Assembly: GCA_950097015.1 (NCBI GenBank)
Contig: CATNEN010000009.1
Location: 620,001 to 684,000, forward strand
Reading direction: 5' to 3'
Length of the DNA stretch: 64,000 nt
Source of the DNA: Macrostomum hystrix
Lineage: Eukaryota > Animalia > Platyhelminthes
In this document: positions 12,556 to 25,300 of the stretch, one piece after another
How the letters are laid out: every line of letters begins with the position of its first letter
Numbering within the stretch: the stretch's first letter is position 1
Made by a program: the position numbers and the translations under genes
Notes under the pieces: generated by a model
What the model was told of the DNA's origin: nothing
The model's database searches: none
The model's input: the letters and a program-made list of their open reading frames with translations, nothing else

Positions 12556-14631
12556 TCAACTGCAAAGCGTAATGTTGAGTTCAGCGGTTTTCGTTTCAGA
12601 GCCATTTCCGGCCGGTAGGCACAGCCGCATCCACCTCAGTGGCAGATATGTGCCCTGAAAGGACCTTAACACAATCGCGCCAGACAGACAAATGACCAGA
12701 CACAGCCAGGTCGTTAGCCGCACGATCAACACAGGTCGCAGTGGCGGCAAGTGTTGAGGTTCAGCCACGTCCAACTCGACTTCACTCTCGTACGGTGACG
12801 AGTAGACTCTTGAAACCGACCTGGAATGCGCGCGTCGGCAAGTTGATGACAGCAGCGGTTCCCTTTGATTGTCGAAAGATGAATTTGGCGCAGGTTTGTT
12901 TTTATCGGCACTCGACTTCAAAGTTGGGTTATCTCCAGCAGCTCGAGCGAACGCAGCGGCAGTCTGCCTCTCCCAGTTAGTTCGCCAAACGATTATCCAA
13001 AAGATGCTGCTTTGCAGAGCGCTGCCAATCAGCATTGATAGCCAGAATCCCTTCATTTGCAGTGGGGTGAGCAGGGTCAGCGGTATTCCGATTGGCAGCG
13101 AAATGAAGTCATACGCGATAATGTTGACTATGGCTCCGAGCATCTGCTGCCCACTACCTTTCAGGACGCCTGAGGCTGTGGCAGAGAGGCCATCAAAGTA
13201 AGGATAAGGTGCGTACACAGCCAACAGATCCGCAGCCACCGCCGTGACCTCAGGGTCGCTTGTAAAGATACAAGCAATCTGTTCACGGCAAGTAGCAAAA
13301 AGTAAGCTGATAACAGTCTCAATGGCAAGAATGATGGTCACGGCCACCTTGCAGGTGTGCTTCGCCTTCTCGATGTTGCCTGCGCCAAGGTGTTGGCCAA
13401 CTCTGATGTTCACCGCAATGGACATCCCAGCACACACCATGTAGAGCAGAGTGGCGCTTTGAAACAGAATCGCCTGCGCCGCTAACTGCAGCTGGTTGAG
13501 GTTTCCAGCCAGGATTGTTCCAACCTGCGGGGCGATGTATTGCCGCAAATTACAATTGTGAAAAGGCAAAGAAGTGCAGGCGAGTGAGGGCCTTCCCTTA
13601 AAAACAATTAAACAATCGACTGACCGAGACAGACAATCAAAGCACAACATACCTCGAAGCTGGCGATTTCTAGTGCAACGAGGAGAAGACCCGGGACAGC
13701 AAGCCTAATGAAGCCTCCGATGTCGTACAGTGCCTCGACCTTCCAGCCGTCCCAGGTGTCCTCAAACACGCGAGACACGCGGATGTACACGATGATGCAG
13801 ACGCACATCACAAACAGGGACGCGGCCTGACATGCAGCCGACGCCTCGAACTCGAAGCCCATCACGTAGATGGCGATGTACTGCGAGACCGCGTTGAACA
13901 CATTGCCGATCACGGCGCACACGAGCGGAGGGTTGACGCGGTTCTGAGTCTGCAGGTACCTTGCCAACACCAGGAATGTGTAGTCAAAAAACACTCCTGG
14001 CATGAAGATGAGAATGTAGCGAGCAGTCATGTCGCTGATGATCGGATCCTGACCCAGCAGCAACAGCACGGGCTTGATGTTGAGGTGCAGGCAGTACACG
14101 GGCACCAGGAACATGTACATGACCAGCAGGCTACGCTGCAGGTACAGTCCCACTCGCTTCTTGTGCCTGCTGCCGAATGTCTGCGCAAAGTAGGTGTCGC
14201 ATCCGGTGGACAGTCCGAGACCGATGCTCAGCGCGGCCACGTTGATGAGGGTGCAAGCGAGAGCGACCGCATCCAGCTGCTCCTTTGACAGGTGACCGCA
14301 CATGATGACGCTGACAGTCTGGAGCAGAAACTGGAAGAAGCAGGTGAGAAATGCAGGCAGATGTAGTCTGGCGATCTCTCCGAACTCTTTCCAGTAGCCC
14401 AGCGGGAAGTACTTTTCTCCGAAGCGGTCGGCGACACCACGGAGGCCGTTTCGGTGAGTCACGTGCTCAAATTCTGTTGATCCATCCGCTCTGCTAAATG
14501 GTTCATATTTTAGTGGTGAAACATTTATATCAAATACGGAATGAAGGGTGTCAGGCTGGGCGCAGCAAAATCTGGCCTTCTCACCGCATTATGTCGAGAG
14601 TTGCTCCGTAGTTTGGCTTTCGTTGGTCCAT
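12556..14631 (-). CDS. SLC47A: MATE (SLC47-like) transporter, paralog 2; exons 14631-14585, 14493-13653, 13524-12556; 618 aa
   Basis: Exon 1 MDQRKPNYGATLDIMR shares the YGA motif and phase-2 intron with paralog 1. Splice junctions: CG|gtgaga..tttag|C and GAG|gtatgt..ccgcag|GTT. Total 1857 nt in frame, with the full MATE motif set. Confidence 0.88.
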
Positions 14632-15483
14632 CCTCTGTGTGATCTATTTCACTCTGCTTTATTCGTAGTGAATAGATTTTTAGATTGTAGAAAAGCTCGA
14701 TAGCCGATCCTGTGCTGCAGATTATATCAAAAGTCAAGAGAAGACACCGTTTATTAAGTCAGCAAGTCTGAGGCGTGGCCTTATCTATTGAGAATTTTAG
14801 TCTTTAGTAAGAATGTTTTTGTGTAAGTAAAGTACTGCGTTTTCTGTCTATTCGATAGCGACTTGCTGCAGGTGACACTGTAGCACAATGCCCTGGATAT
14901 CATTGTTTTAGCATGCACGAGTTTGCAAATTCTGCAATGCACCGGAATAAAAATGATCCATTGCAAGCAACTTGCCAATTACACAGACGAGCCGTGGGCT
15001 TTAATAGCTACTTTAGCTTGAAGCCTTTAGTCATTTCAACAATAGCGACAATAGCAGCAATTCTACCTACTTTAAGGGTCCGACGTCACTCTTGAATTCC
15101 AACTCAGGTACGCTATCAGGTAACGATTTAGCAGCAAATGCTTAATTATTTAGCTACACAAGTGCCTCTCTTCTTCGCAGTTTGGACTCCTGGGGCTTGC
15201 AGAGCTCCGTGACGGCTGGCTTCGTGGCAGCACCTGCTGACGGCTTCGCAGAGTAGAAGGAAAATAAAAGATGTCAGCCTATAAATAGATGCGTTCCCAT
15301 AAGCAACGCCGATTCTCCCAAGCAGAAATACAGTCGATAATAATTTTGCTGAGTAGGTCTCCACTCCGTTGAAAATGTTTCAACAGTCAATTTTGAGTCC
15401 TTGCAATGCTCCTTGAAAATTAGGAATAAAGCCAAGTACCAAATAGAGAGGCGTGTGAAAAATTAGAGACAGAAAATTTTAGG

Positions 15484-16239
15484 ATGTGTGTTAGATACTT
15501 CTACGCGCTTTTCATCTTGGCTGTTTCTGCTTCACTAGCAACAGCCCAGAGCGGCCAGCAGTGCCCCACTGGATTCAGGCAGCTCAGCAACGGCTCCCTC
15601 TGCATTCACAGTGACTTCACGCGCACGCTGAGTGACATTGTCTCGGAGCTGCAGTGCTCCTTCGAGTGCACCAAGGAGCCGCGCTGCCAGGCCTTCACAA
15701 CCCAGGATGGACCGTGCCAGCTGTTCGTGTTCGACAAGTGCAGCAAGTCGGTGAGGAGCTGCAGCTGCTCAAGGAGAGGCCGAGTGTTCGTGAAGCGTCA
15801 GCCGGGACTCGAGCCTGGAGCGCTGTGTCCTTCTGGCTACGGTGACGAGCTGTGCGGAGTGAAGTACCGGCTGGTAAACGACTTCGCCGTCTGGCAAACT
15901 CAAAGACAGCGGTGCGAGTCGGAGCCGGGCCTGGTCATCATGGCAGATGTGATGAACATGACGGAGATGACTCACATTGATCAGATCTACGACAAGTACA
16001 ACCCGGGTTCCTTCTATTTGGGTGGCTTCCAACCGGCTGGCAGCTCTGAGAATGCGGGCGGCTGGCAGTGGATCAGCTGCAACATCAGCATGGTTGCTGG
16101 GTTATGGTCTACGGGTGAACCTAATGGAGGAGTTTCTGAAGACGTAACTGCGAGACACCAGACTATCCGCGGCGTCGTTGATATTTCGAAGTCGGATACT
16201 TTGCCTGCACTGTGCGAGTGTGTGTCTCCTTTTAACTAG
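15484..16239 (+). CDS. Secreted PAN/Apple + C-type lectin domain protein, copy 1 (intronless, 251 aa)
   Basis: Signal peptide; PAN-type CSFECTKEPRCQAF...CQL; CTLD with W..QRQRCESE, YLGG, GGWQW, W..GEPN and LCEC. Confidence 0.85.
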   Translation: MCVRYFYALFILAVSASLATAQSGQQCPTGFRQLSNGSLCIHSDFTRTLSDIVSELQCSFECTKEPRCQAFTTQDGPCQLFVFDKCSKSVRSCSCSRRGRVFVKRQPGLEPGALCPSGYGDELCGVKYRLVNDFAVWQTQRQRCESEPGLVIMADVMNMTEMTHIDQIYDKYNPGSFYLGGFQPAGSSENAGGWQWISCNISMVAGLWSTGEPNGGVSEDVTARHQTIRGVVDISKSDTLPALCECVSPFN

Positions 16240-16298
16240 CTGTGAAAGTGCGGTCCATTTCTAATACGTTCGGAAAACATCCTACAAAAAACCTATAG

Positions 16299-17351
16299 AT
16301 ATAGCATTTTGCAGGCTAGTAGAGAAAACAAGCAAGCAATTAAATAATCGATGACAAAGTCAGTGGAATTTTTTACACTCTATGGTCAAAGCCATGTGCA
16401 TTCCTGCAACCAAATAAATAATGTGAGCACGCAATTCATAAGAGTCATCAGTTCTTGTGTTTCTTCAGCTCGAAATGGACGCAATCGACATCGAGGAAGA
16501 TGACATTTTTAAGGAGGATGGAGACAGCTTTGTCACAGCGGAGGACGCAGTTCAGGCGGCGGCAGCACGTGGTCCGTACTCCAAGATAAGCAACGAAAAA
16601 TATGAACTGATAGTCAGTGCGCTTGAGCGAGGGGACAGTGCTGTGCAGATTTCGAGGTTTTTTAATGTAAAGGTACCAACTGTGTATACTATCCAACGGC
16701 GCTACGAGCTGACGGGACGTCGTGATCGACTTAAGTCATGCAGCTGCCGCCGTACTCACCATTTTTGAATCCGACTGAGAGTGCGCACTCCTGTCTGAAG
16801 GCGACAATAAAACCTCAGTTGTCTTTGCCCCAAGTTCAGCTCGAACTTGACAATCCCTCACCACAGACAAAACTATGCGAGTGGCGAATTCTTGTTCTTC
16901 AGAGAATCACAGAGGAAGCAACTTCTGAAATCACACCGGTCAAATGTGGAGGATGGTTTCGGAATGCACCCCGCTTCATCCCTAGATGTGTCGCGGGAGA
17001 AGACATCGTTTGATTTCTGCCATATATCGGACAGCTTCACTGAAGGAAATCTTTTTCGAGTTTCATTTTGTACTTTTCCCTGGGTTTTGCGTACTAGTTT
17101 TTCGTATGTTTCGTCATATTAAATAGTCACTTTTTGTACCACACCATTTAGCTTCTTAAATATACAGCATCACAGTTAGCTGTCGAATGTTTGCTAAGCA
17201 TTGAGAATTGATGAATTGCGTGCTCACATTATTTATTTGGTTGCAGGAATGCACATGGCTTTGACCATAGAGTGTAAAAAATTCCACTGACTTTGTCATT
17301 GATTATTTAATTGCTTGCTTGTTTTCTCTACTAGCCTGCAAAATGCTATAT
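16299..17351 (+). mobile_element. IS630-Tc1-mariner DNA transposon, internally deleted non-autonomous copy
   Basis: 141-bp terminal inverted repeats (16299-16439 / 17211-17351, one mismatch seen) with TA at both ends. An N-terminal HTH ORF (16457-16768, KISNEKYELIVSALERGDSAVQISRFFNVKVPTVYTIQRRYELTG) is fused out of frame to the transposase C-terminus LPPYSPFLNPTE. The central DDE core is missing. Confidence 0.9.
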
Positions 17352-17698
17352 TAAAACTATATGAACAGATTTCTGTACCCTTTTCTCTTCAATTATCTAT
17401 TTTTGCATTCAAAATAAAAACTTTCACCACTCAAGATCAAGGACTAGTTAATAAATTAAGTCGATTGATTTACTGATTCGATTATGATTGATAATCCTTA
17501 ATAGATTGATGAGTCATGCTCATGACGAGAATGGCATAGAGCCTTATGCTTTCTGACTGAGGCAAGGCGCACAATTATTCAATCTGTCGATAGGCAAATA
17601 GAAATTCAAAACTAGAATAGGCCAATCAAACTGAGAAAGTAAAGGTACTGCTCAGAATCAAATATCGCAAAGGATGCGTTTCCGTTGATGTATGGCAA

Positions 17699-17908
17699 AG
17701 GATACATTTCTATGGATATATACCATGCAATGGATACATTTCTATGGATATATAGCATACAAGGGATACATTTCTATGGATATATAGCATACAAGGGATA
17801 CATTTCTATGGATATATAGCATACAAGGGATACATTTCTATGGATATATAGCATACAAGGGATACATTTCTATGGATATAGGATACAAGGGATACATTTC
17901 TATGGATG
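17699..17908. repeat. 32-bp minisatellite, ~6.5 copies
   Basis: gggatacatttctatggatatatagcatacaa repeats with period 32 (17761, 17793...). Confidence 0.93.
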
Positions 17909-18238
17909 CATAGTGAAACCGCGTGCTTTTAGAGCCACATGTTATGCTCGAGCTTCGCTTGCAGAAAACACATTTTTCGTCGTCAATTCAAGTCTCCCTT
18001 CCATTTGATAGGCTTTCACAATTTGGCATGAATTGGGCACAAGCACTTGCACTATTTTGGCTGCCTCCTTTCGTGACCAACCCTGCAGTCAATAGCGGAG
18101 ATCAGATGTCCTCTGTCAACAGTGAATATCGTTGGTGCCATGGGATTGAGCGGAAGGACACTCAAGAAGGAAAATAGCGACGTAAATAAACGAAGGAAGC
18201 AACGAGCGAGCGAACGGGAGGGAAGGGTCAAGGACCAC

Positions 18239-18843
18239 TACAGTATAACTTCAGTTATATACTATAGCTATACTGTACTACAGTTATACTGTACTTCAGT
18301 TATACTGTACTTCAGTTATACTGTACTTCAGTTGTACTATACTTCAGTTATACTGTACTTCAGTTATACTGTACTTCAGTTATACTGTACTTCAGTTGTA
18401 CTATACTTCAGTTATACTGTACTTCAGTTATACTGTACTTCAGTTATACTATACTTCAGTTATACTGTACTTCAGTTTACTATACTTCAGTTATACTATA
18501 CTTCAGTTATACTGTACTTCAGTTATACTGTACTTCAGTTATACTGTACTTCAGTTATACTATACTTCAGTTATACTGTACTTCAGTTATACTATACTTC
18601 AGTTATACTGTACTTCAGTTATACTGTACTTCAGTTATACTGTACTTCAGTTATACTATACTTCAGTTATACTGTACTTCAGTTATACTATACTTCAGTT
18701 ATACTGTACTTCAGTTATACTATACTTCAGTTATACTATACTTCAGTTATACTGTACTTCAGTTATACTATACTTCAGTTATACTGTACTTCAGTTATAC
18801 TGTACTTCAGTTATACTATACTTCAGTTATACTGTACTATACT
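18239..18843. repeat. 16-bp minisatellite, ~37 copies
   Basis: Units are cttcagttatactgta / cttcagttatactata. The array generates the spurious ORFs 18122-18880 (+) and 18396-18998 (-). Confidence 0.95.
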
Positions 18844-19496
18844 CGCGTATCTCACGGCGATTGCGGGATGCATTCCATAGAAATGTGAAAGGAACTACTA
18901 AGTGTAGTGGTCGGCTAGTCCGTACCGGCCTCTTAACTTCTGATATTACGTTGCTGGAGTCGATTTTCGCATACTCAAATTTAAATACATTATTTTAAAT
19001 GAGCATATTCTAACATCTATTCTAACATGAGCATATTTATGGCATAATTATGTGTTCACAATCAACAAAGCTGCGCCAAGAAAGCTATTGTTTTGAGGAT
19101 TGTTGCTTTGTTGTTTACTTCATCTCACTAGTGGTGCATGAAGCAGACGTTGACTATTGGTGCAGACATTTCAATTCATGTGGACCAATGATGCATTTGA
19201 TTATTCGACTTTTACTCCTTCTCTGCACCGTGGCACCACTTTTTGCCGATTAATGGATTTTATCTAGTTTTAACCTAGGGCAGTAGCTGATAAAGCTTTT
19301 TGTATTTGAATTCTGTTTCATTTCTATTTTTACTGCATTCTTTGTCTGATTATTGAATTCGGCATTGTATGAATATTTATGATAGAACTACAGTTCTTGA
19401 TTATTGAATTTTGTCAAAAAAAAATTTGTTTCGCTAAGTGTTGCTTGAAGCTAGAGATGATCCACAGCTGGTTGTAGCCGGTGATGCCTTTGACGG

Positions 19497-21587
19497 CTAG
19501 TAAATATTCAACTTTCGGAGGACCAGGTACAGAAACATCAGACCAAAGTGTCTGAACCAGCTTGATAAGTCCTTTAGGCTGAGAGCATTGTTGGTGAGCA
19601 TCAAATTCATGAACGCACTCGTGCCGTTGTTAGGCTGCGGCCAGATTTTGAGCAAGAAGCACATCAGCTGGTAGATGTCCACTTGACGTATGCCTTCCAC
19701 ATCACCTTTGATCAGAACGTTTTTCTTAAAGCTCGGCCCCACGGCGAACATTGGTACGCGCATGTCGCTGTAGTGGTTGTTGAAGCCGTGGTGACCCATG
19801 GCGAGCGGCTTGGTGTCCCTACTGGTTAGCACCAGGTAGCCTTGGTTGGGAAGCACGATCACTTCCGGAGTTCTGCGGTTTTTGGCGTAGTGGAATTGGT
19901 CTGGCATTGAATTCGTATCGTATGTGCGAAACGTATGGTTGTGAATCTCCTGCTGCTTGACCAGGTATTCCAGCAGCTCCTTCTTCTTCCCTTTTTTGGC
20001 GTTCATGGTCAGCAGAGGCCCGCTGTCCAGCACGCGGTCCACAAGCTCGTCCATGTCGCTGTGCAAGCGGATCACTTTTTCGTCATCCTTGCCCATCACG
20101 CCTGTGTCAGGGTGGAAAATGTAGAACTGATATTATTGTCATTCTAGTCATGGTTCTCAAGCATTTTAATAAAAGCTCATCAAGCGCTTCGCCTCTGCGT
20201 TTCAGCCACCATTTTTGCTCTTCATTTTGGTTTCGAAAAGCACTGATAGTGTCGGTGGGATACGGCAGTGCAGAAACGAAAACACGCCTGCTCATAGCGC
20301 AGCTTGGACAGGACAGACGCACGCAGGCCGCATCTTTTGCTGTGCTCTTCCACTTGGACGGTACAAAATGCCTTCGCTTGTTAAAGGCACTGCAATTCAC
20401 GACTTTTTTCTCATTGCGATCTAAGCCAGGTCAAATAGGACGAGCCTCTGTGGCAGCGCTCCCGCACTTGACCTATTGGTAAGAACAGATAAGCGGCCAT
20501 CGCACAGCCAATTGCAACCTGCGACAGCGGAGCCCTTGTAGCCCCTCCGGCTAGCTGTGTGGAAACAAGCAAGAGACAAAAAATAGAATAAAACAAGCAA
20601 AAATTTCTTGCCTAGAGTGGTTCAAAGTTATCTAACTGAAGCCAGAAACCTTTCATTCGTAAACAAAATTGATGGGATGAGCTTTGTTTTTTTCCTTTTA
20701 GTAGATTGAATAAAATGCAAAGTGAAAAACACTAGTTCATTTAGAAACCAAAAGAAATCCACTTAAGGTAGGGGTTAGATCTCTTGTTTTCCGCGTAATT
20801 TAAACTTTAAAAAGAGCTTTGATTGTCTGTATTCGAGCTTTTCAGACTTTAAGACTCTTTTTTTAATTGTAACCCAAATACTTTACGGCCCCTACTCACC
20901 GTGGTCCGACACGATCAAGATGTTCACCTTATCCAAGAAGCTCTTCACCTTCAGCCCGTCAAACAAGAAGCGAATCGTATCGTCAACCTTCTTGAGAGCC
21001 TGTCGCACCTCCTTGGACTTTGGACCGTATCTGTGACCTGCTTTGTCTGGCTCATGAAAGTACATGGTGGTCATTTGAACTCCTCTCTCTGTGATCCATT
21101 CCAGCACAGTTTTCACACGTTGCTCAAATGGGACGGTCTCATTGTATTCAAACCAGAAGTCCTGGCGCAGGCCTCCAAGCTCGACTTCACTTCCAGGCCA
21201 GAAGTAGGTGGCTGACTTGAGGCCGTGCTTCTTGGCAGTGATCCAGATTGGGAGGGAGGCGTTCCACCAGCGCTCTTCCCGGGTTCCCTTGTTGAAGGTG
21301 GCGTTGAACACCGGGTCGTACATGTTGTTGCTTAGGATTCCGTGGCTTTCCTGGTAGAGTCCAGTAGCGATGGTCCAGTGGTTCGGGAAGGTCTTGGTGG
21401 CGAAGGCTGGCAGCATGTGCGAGACGTGCACGCCCTTTGGAATAAGACTTCGTAAAAACTCCGTCTCATCCGGGTACCAGTCGATATAGTCGTAGCGAAA
21501 GCCATCACAAGAGATCAGGAGTAACGAGTGGTTACCGGCATCAGCGGCGCAGAGCATAGCCAAGATGACAAGGTGCAGCAGGAGCAT
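19497..21587 (-). CDS. ENPP: Ectonucleotide pyrophosphatase/phosphodiesterase, ENPP4/5/6-like; exons 21587-20900 and 20101-19497; 430 aa
   Basis: Signal peptide; DGFRYDY; catalytic TKTFPNHWTIATG; YFHEPDKAGH; SDHG split by a phase-1 intron (G|gtgagt..acacag|GC); GHHGFNN; hydrophobic C-terminal tail. Confidence 0.92.
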
Positions 21588-22317
21588 TTTCCTAAGCTTG
21601 GCTTTGAAGCTGCCGCTTTACAGGAATGTGCGTTGCATACTTTTAGCCTCAGCGCGTTAGCACTGCACTGGGGCGCCCGAGCCGATTGGCTCGTAGCATT
21701 TTATAAAAGCTCGCGGTAAACTGCGCAGCGCAACAACACGAGAATGTGTACAGGTCCTCGCGGTCTCGCTGCAGACTACGTCTTCTCTGGTTTACGATTC
21801 ATTTCATTCCTCCTGCAATCTCTACGACTGAGTGCCTGAACCATGAAACCCATTTTTTCACTGCAAAGTCATACCCGAATCGGGTACAAAATTAAGCGTA
21901 GTACCCCATTTTCACGGACTTTTACCACATCCAACAGTTAAAAAAATAACGCAATTTGTTATGCGTGAACTCAGAAATAATATTTAAAATAATATTCTTC
22001 ACTTAATAAGTTGGTATCATCGTTCTATAAAGAATTTTAAACTCCCTCCCACCCTTTAGCAGTAGAAAAACCACGGAGGCATTTTAAACGCCCACATTTA
22101 TAAATTTTCTGTATCTCCTAAATTATTCAACCACTAGCCATGAAAACTCAGAACATGGGCGAAACTTTTCCGCTCCATTCGATGAGACAACTTCCAGAAT
22201 CACAACATTGGCATTGGATTCTCGTCGGAATGCCTAAAATTGCAAAGTTAGGCAAACATTTTATTTCACAAAATTTCATCACGTAACCATGTCGGCTATC
22301 GTTGTTGACTATTTTGG

Positions 22318-25300
22318 ATTGATTCAATGGTTTAACATGGATTCGCCAAAGAGGTTTATGCAGAACACTGTTATTGATTCAATGGTTTAACATGGATTCG
22401 CCAAAGAGGTTTATGCAGAACACTGTTATTGATTCAATGGTTTAACATGGATTCGCCAAAGAGGTTTATGCAGAACACTGTTATTGATTCAATGGTTTAA
22501 CATGGATTCGCCAAAGAGGTTTATGCAGAACACTGTTATTGATTCAATGGTTTAACATGGATTCGCCAAAGAGGTTTATGCAGAACACTGTTATTGATTC
22601 AATGGTTTAACATGGATTCGCCAAAGAGGTTTATGCAGAACACTGTTATTGATTCAATTGTTTAACATGGATTCGCCAAAGAGGTTTATGCAGAACACTG
22701 TTATTGATTCAATGGTTTAACATGGATTCGCCAAAGAGGTTTATGCAGAACACTGTTATTGATTCAATGGTTTAACATGGATTCGCCAAAGAGGTTTATG
22801 CAGAACACTGTTATTGATTCAATGGTTTAACATGGATTCGCCAAAGAGGTTTATGCAGAACACTGTTATTGATTCAATGGTTTAACATGGATTCGCCAAA
22901 GAGGTTTATGCAGAACACTGTTATTGATTCAATGGTTTAACATGGATTCGCCAAAGAGGTTTATGCAGAACACTGTTATTGATTCAATGGTTTAACATGG
23001 ATTCGCCAAAGAGGTTTATGCAGAACACTGTTATTGATTCAATGGTTTAACATGGATTCGCCAAAGAGGTTTATGCAGAACACTGTTATTGATTCAATGG
23101 TTTAACATGGATTCGCCAAAGAGGTTTATGCAGAACACTGTTATTGATTCAATTGTTTAACATGGATTCGCCAAAGAGGTTTATGCAGAACACTGTTATT
23201 GATTCAATGGTTTAACATGGATTCGCCAAAGAGGTTTATGCAGAACACTGTTATTGATTCAATGGTTTAACATGGATTCGCCAAAGAGGTTTATGCAGAA
23301 CACTGTTATTGATTCAATGGTTTAACATGGATTCGCCAAAGAGGTTTATGCAGAACACTGTTATTGATTCAATGGTTTAACATGGATTCGCCAAAGAGGT
23401 TTATGCAGAACACTGTTATTGATTCAATGGTTTAACATGGATTCGCCAAAGAGGTTTATGCAGAACACTGTTATTGATTCAATGGTTTAACATGGATTCG
23501 CCAAAGAGGTTTATGCAGAACACTGTTATTGATTCAATGGTTTAACATGGATTCGCCAAAGAGGTTTATGCAGAACACTGTTATTGATTCAATGGTTTAA
23601 CATGGATTCGCCAAAGAGGTTTATGCAGAACACTGTTATTGATTCAATGGTTTAACATGGATTCGCCAAAGAGGTTTATGCAGAACACTGTTATTGATTC
23701 AATGGTTTAACATGGATTCGCCAAAGAGGTTTATGCAGAACACTGTTATTGATTCAATGGTTTAACATGGATTCGCCAAAGAGGTTTATGCAGAACACTG
23801 TTATTGATTCAATGGTTTAACATGGATTCGCCAAAGAGGTTTATGCAGAACACTGTTATTGATTCAATGGTTTAACATGGATTCGCCAAAGAGGTTTATG
23901 CAGAACACTGTTATTGATTCAACGGTTTAACATGGATTCGCCAAAGAGGTTTATGCAGAACACTGTTATTGATTCAATGGTTTAACATGGATTCGCCAAA
24001 GAGGTTTATGCAGAACACTGTTATTGATTCAATGGTTTAACATGGATTCGCCAAAGAGGTTTATGCAGAACACTGTTATTGATTCAATGGTTTAACATGG
24101 ATTCGCCAAAGAGGTTTATGCAGAACACTGTTATTGATTCAATGGTTTAACATGGATTCGCCAAAGAGGTTTATGCAGAACACTGTTATTGATTCAATGG
24201 TTTAACATGGATTCGCCAAAGAGGTTTATGCAGAACACTGTTATTGATTCAATGGTTTAACATGGATTCGCCAAAGAGGTTTATGCAGAACACTGTTATT
24301 GATTCAATGGTTTAACATGGATTCGCCAAAGAGGTTTATGCAGAACACTGTTATTGATTCAATGGTTTAACATGGATTCGCCAAAGAGGTTTATGCAGAA
24401 CACTGTTATTGATTCAATGGTTTAACATGGATTCGCCAAAGAGGTTTATGCAGAACACTGTTATTGATTCAATGGTTTAACATGGATTCGCCAAAGAGGT
24501 TTATGCAGAACACTGTTATTGATTCAATGGTTTAACATGGATTCGCCAAAGAGGTTTATGCAGAACACTGTTATTGATTCAATGGTTTAACATGGATTCG
24601 CCAAAGAGGTTTATGCAGAACACTGTTATTGATTCAATGGTTTAACATGGATTCGCCAAAGAGGTTTATGCAGAACACTGTTATTGATTCAATGGTTTAA
24701 CATGGATTCGCCAAAGAGGTTTATGCAGAACACTGTTATTGATTCAATGGTTTAACATGGATTCGCCAAAGAGGTTTATGCAGAACACTGTTATTGATTC
24801 AATGGTTTAACATGGATTCGCCAAAGAGGTTTATGCAGAACACTGTTATTGATTCAATGGTTTAACATGGATTCGCCAAAGAGGTTTATGCAGAACACTG
24901 TTATTGATTCAATGGTTTAACATGGATTCGCCAAAGAGGTTTATGCAGAACACTGTTATTGATTCAATGGTTTAACATGGATTCGCCAAAGAGGTTTATG
25001 CAGAACACTGTTATTGATTCAATGGTTTAACATGGATTCGCCAAAGAGGTTTATGCAGAACACTGTTATTGATTCAATGGTTTAACATGGATTCGCCAAA
25101 GAGGTTTATGCAGAACACTGTTATTGATTCAATGGTTTAACATGGATTCGCCAAAGAGGTTTATGCAGAACACTGTTATTGATTCAATGGTTTAACATGG
25201 ATTCGCCAAAGAGGTTTATGCAGAACACTGTTATTGATTCAATGGTTTAACATGGATTCGCCAAAGAGGTTTATGCAGAACACTGTTATTGATTCAATGG

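Noticed and set aside
18122-18998. 252-aa and 200-aa ORFs
   Set aside because: Translations of the 16-bp minisatellite.
20170-20600. GC-richer patch with short ORFs inside the ENPP intron
   Set aside because: No recognisable homology, and the ENPP protein is complete without it.
21840-22310. Possible Helitron/MITE carrier of the 55-bp array
   Set aside because: No matching termini or second copy visible in the window.
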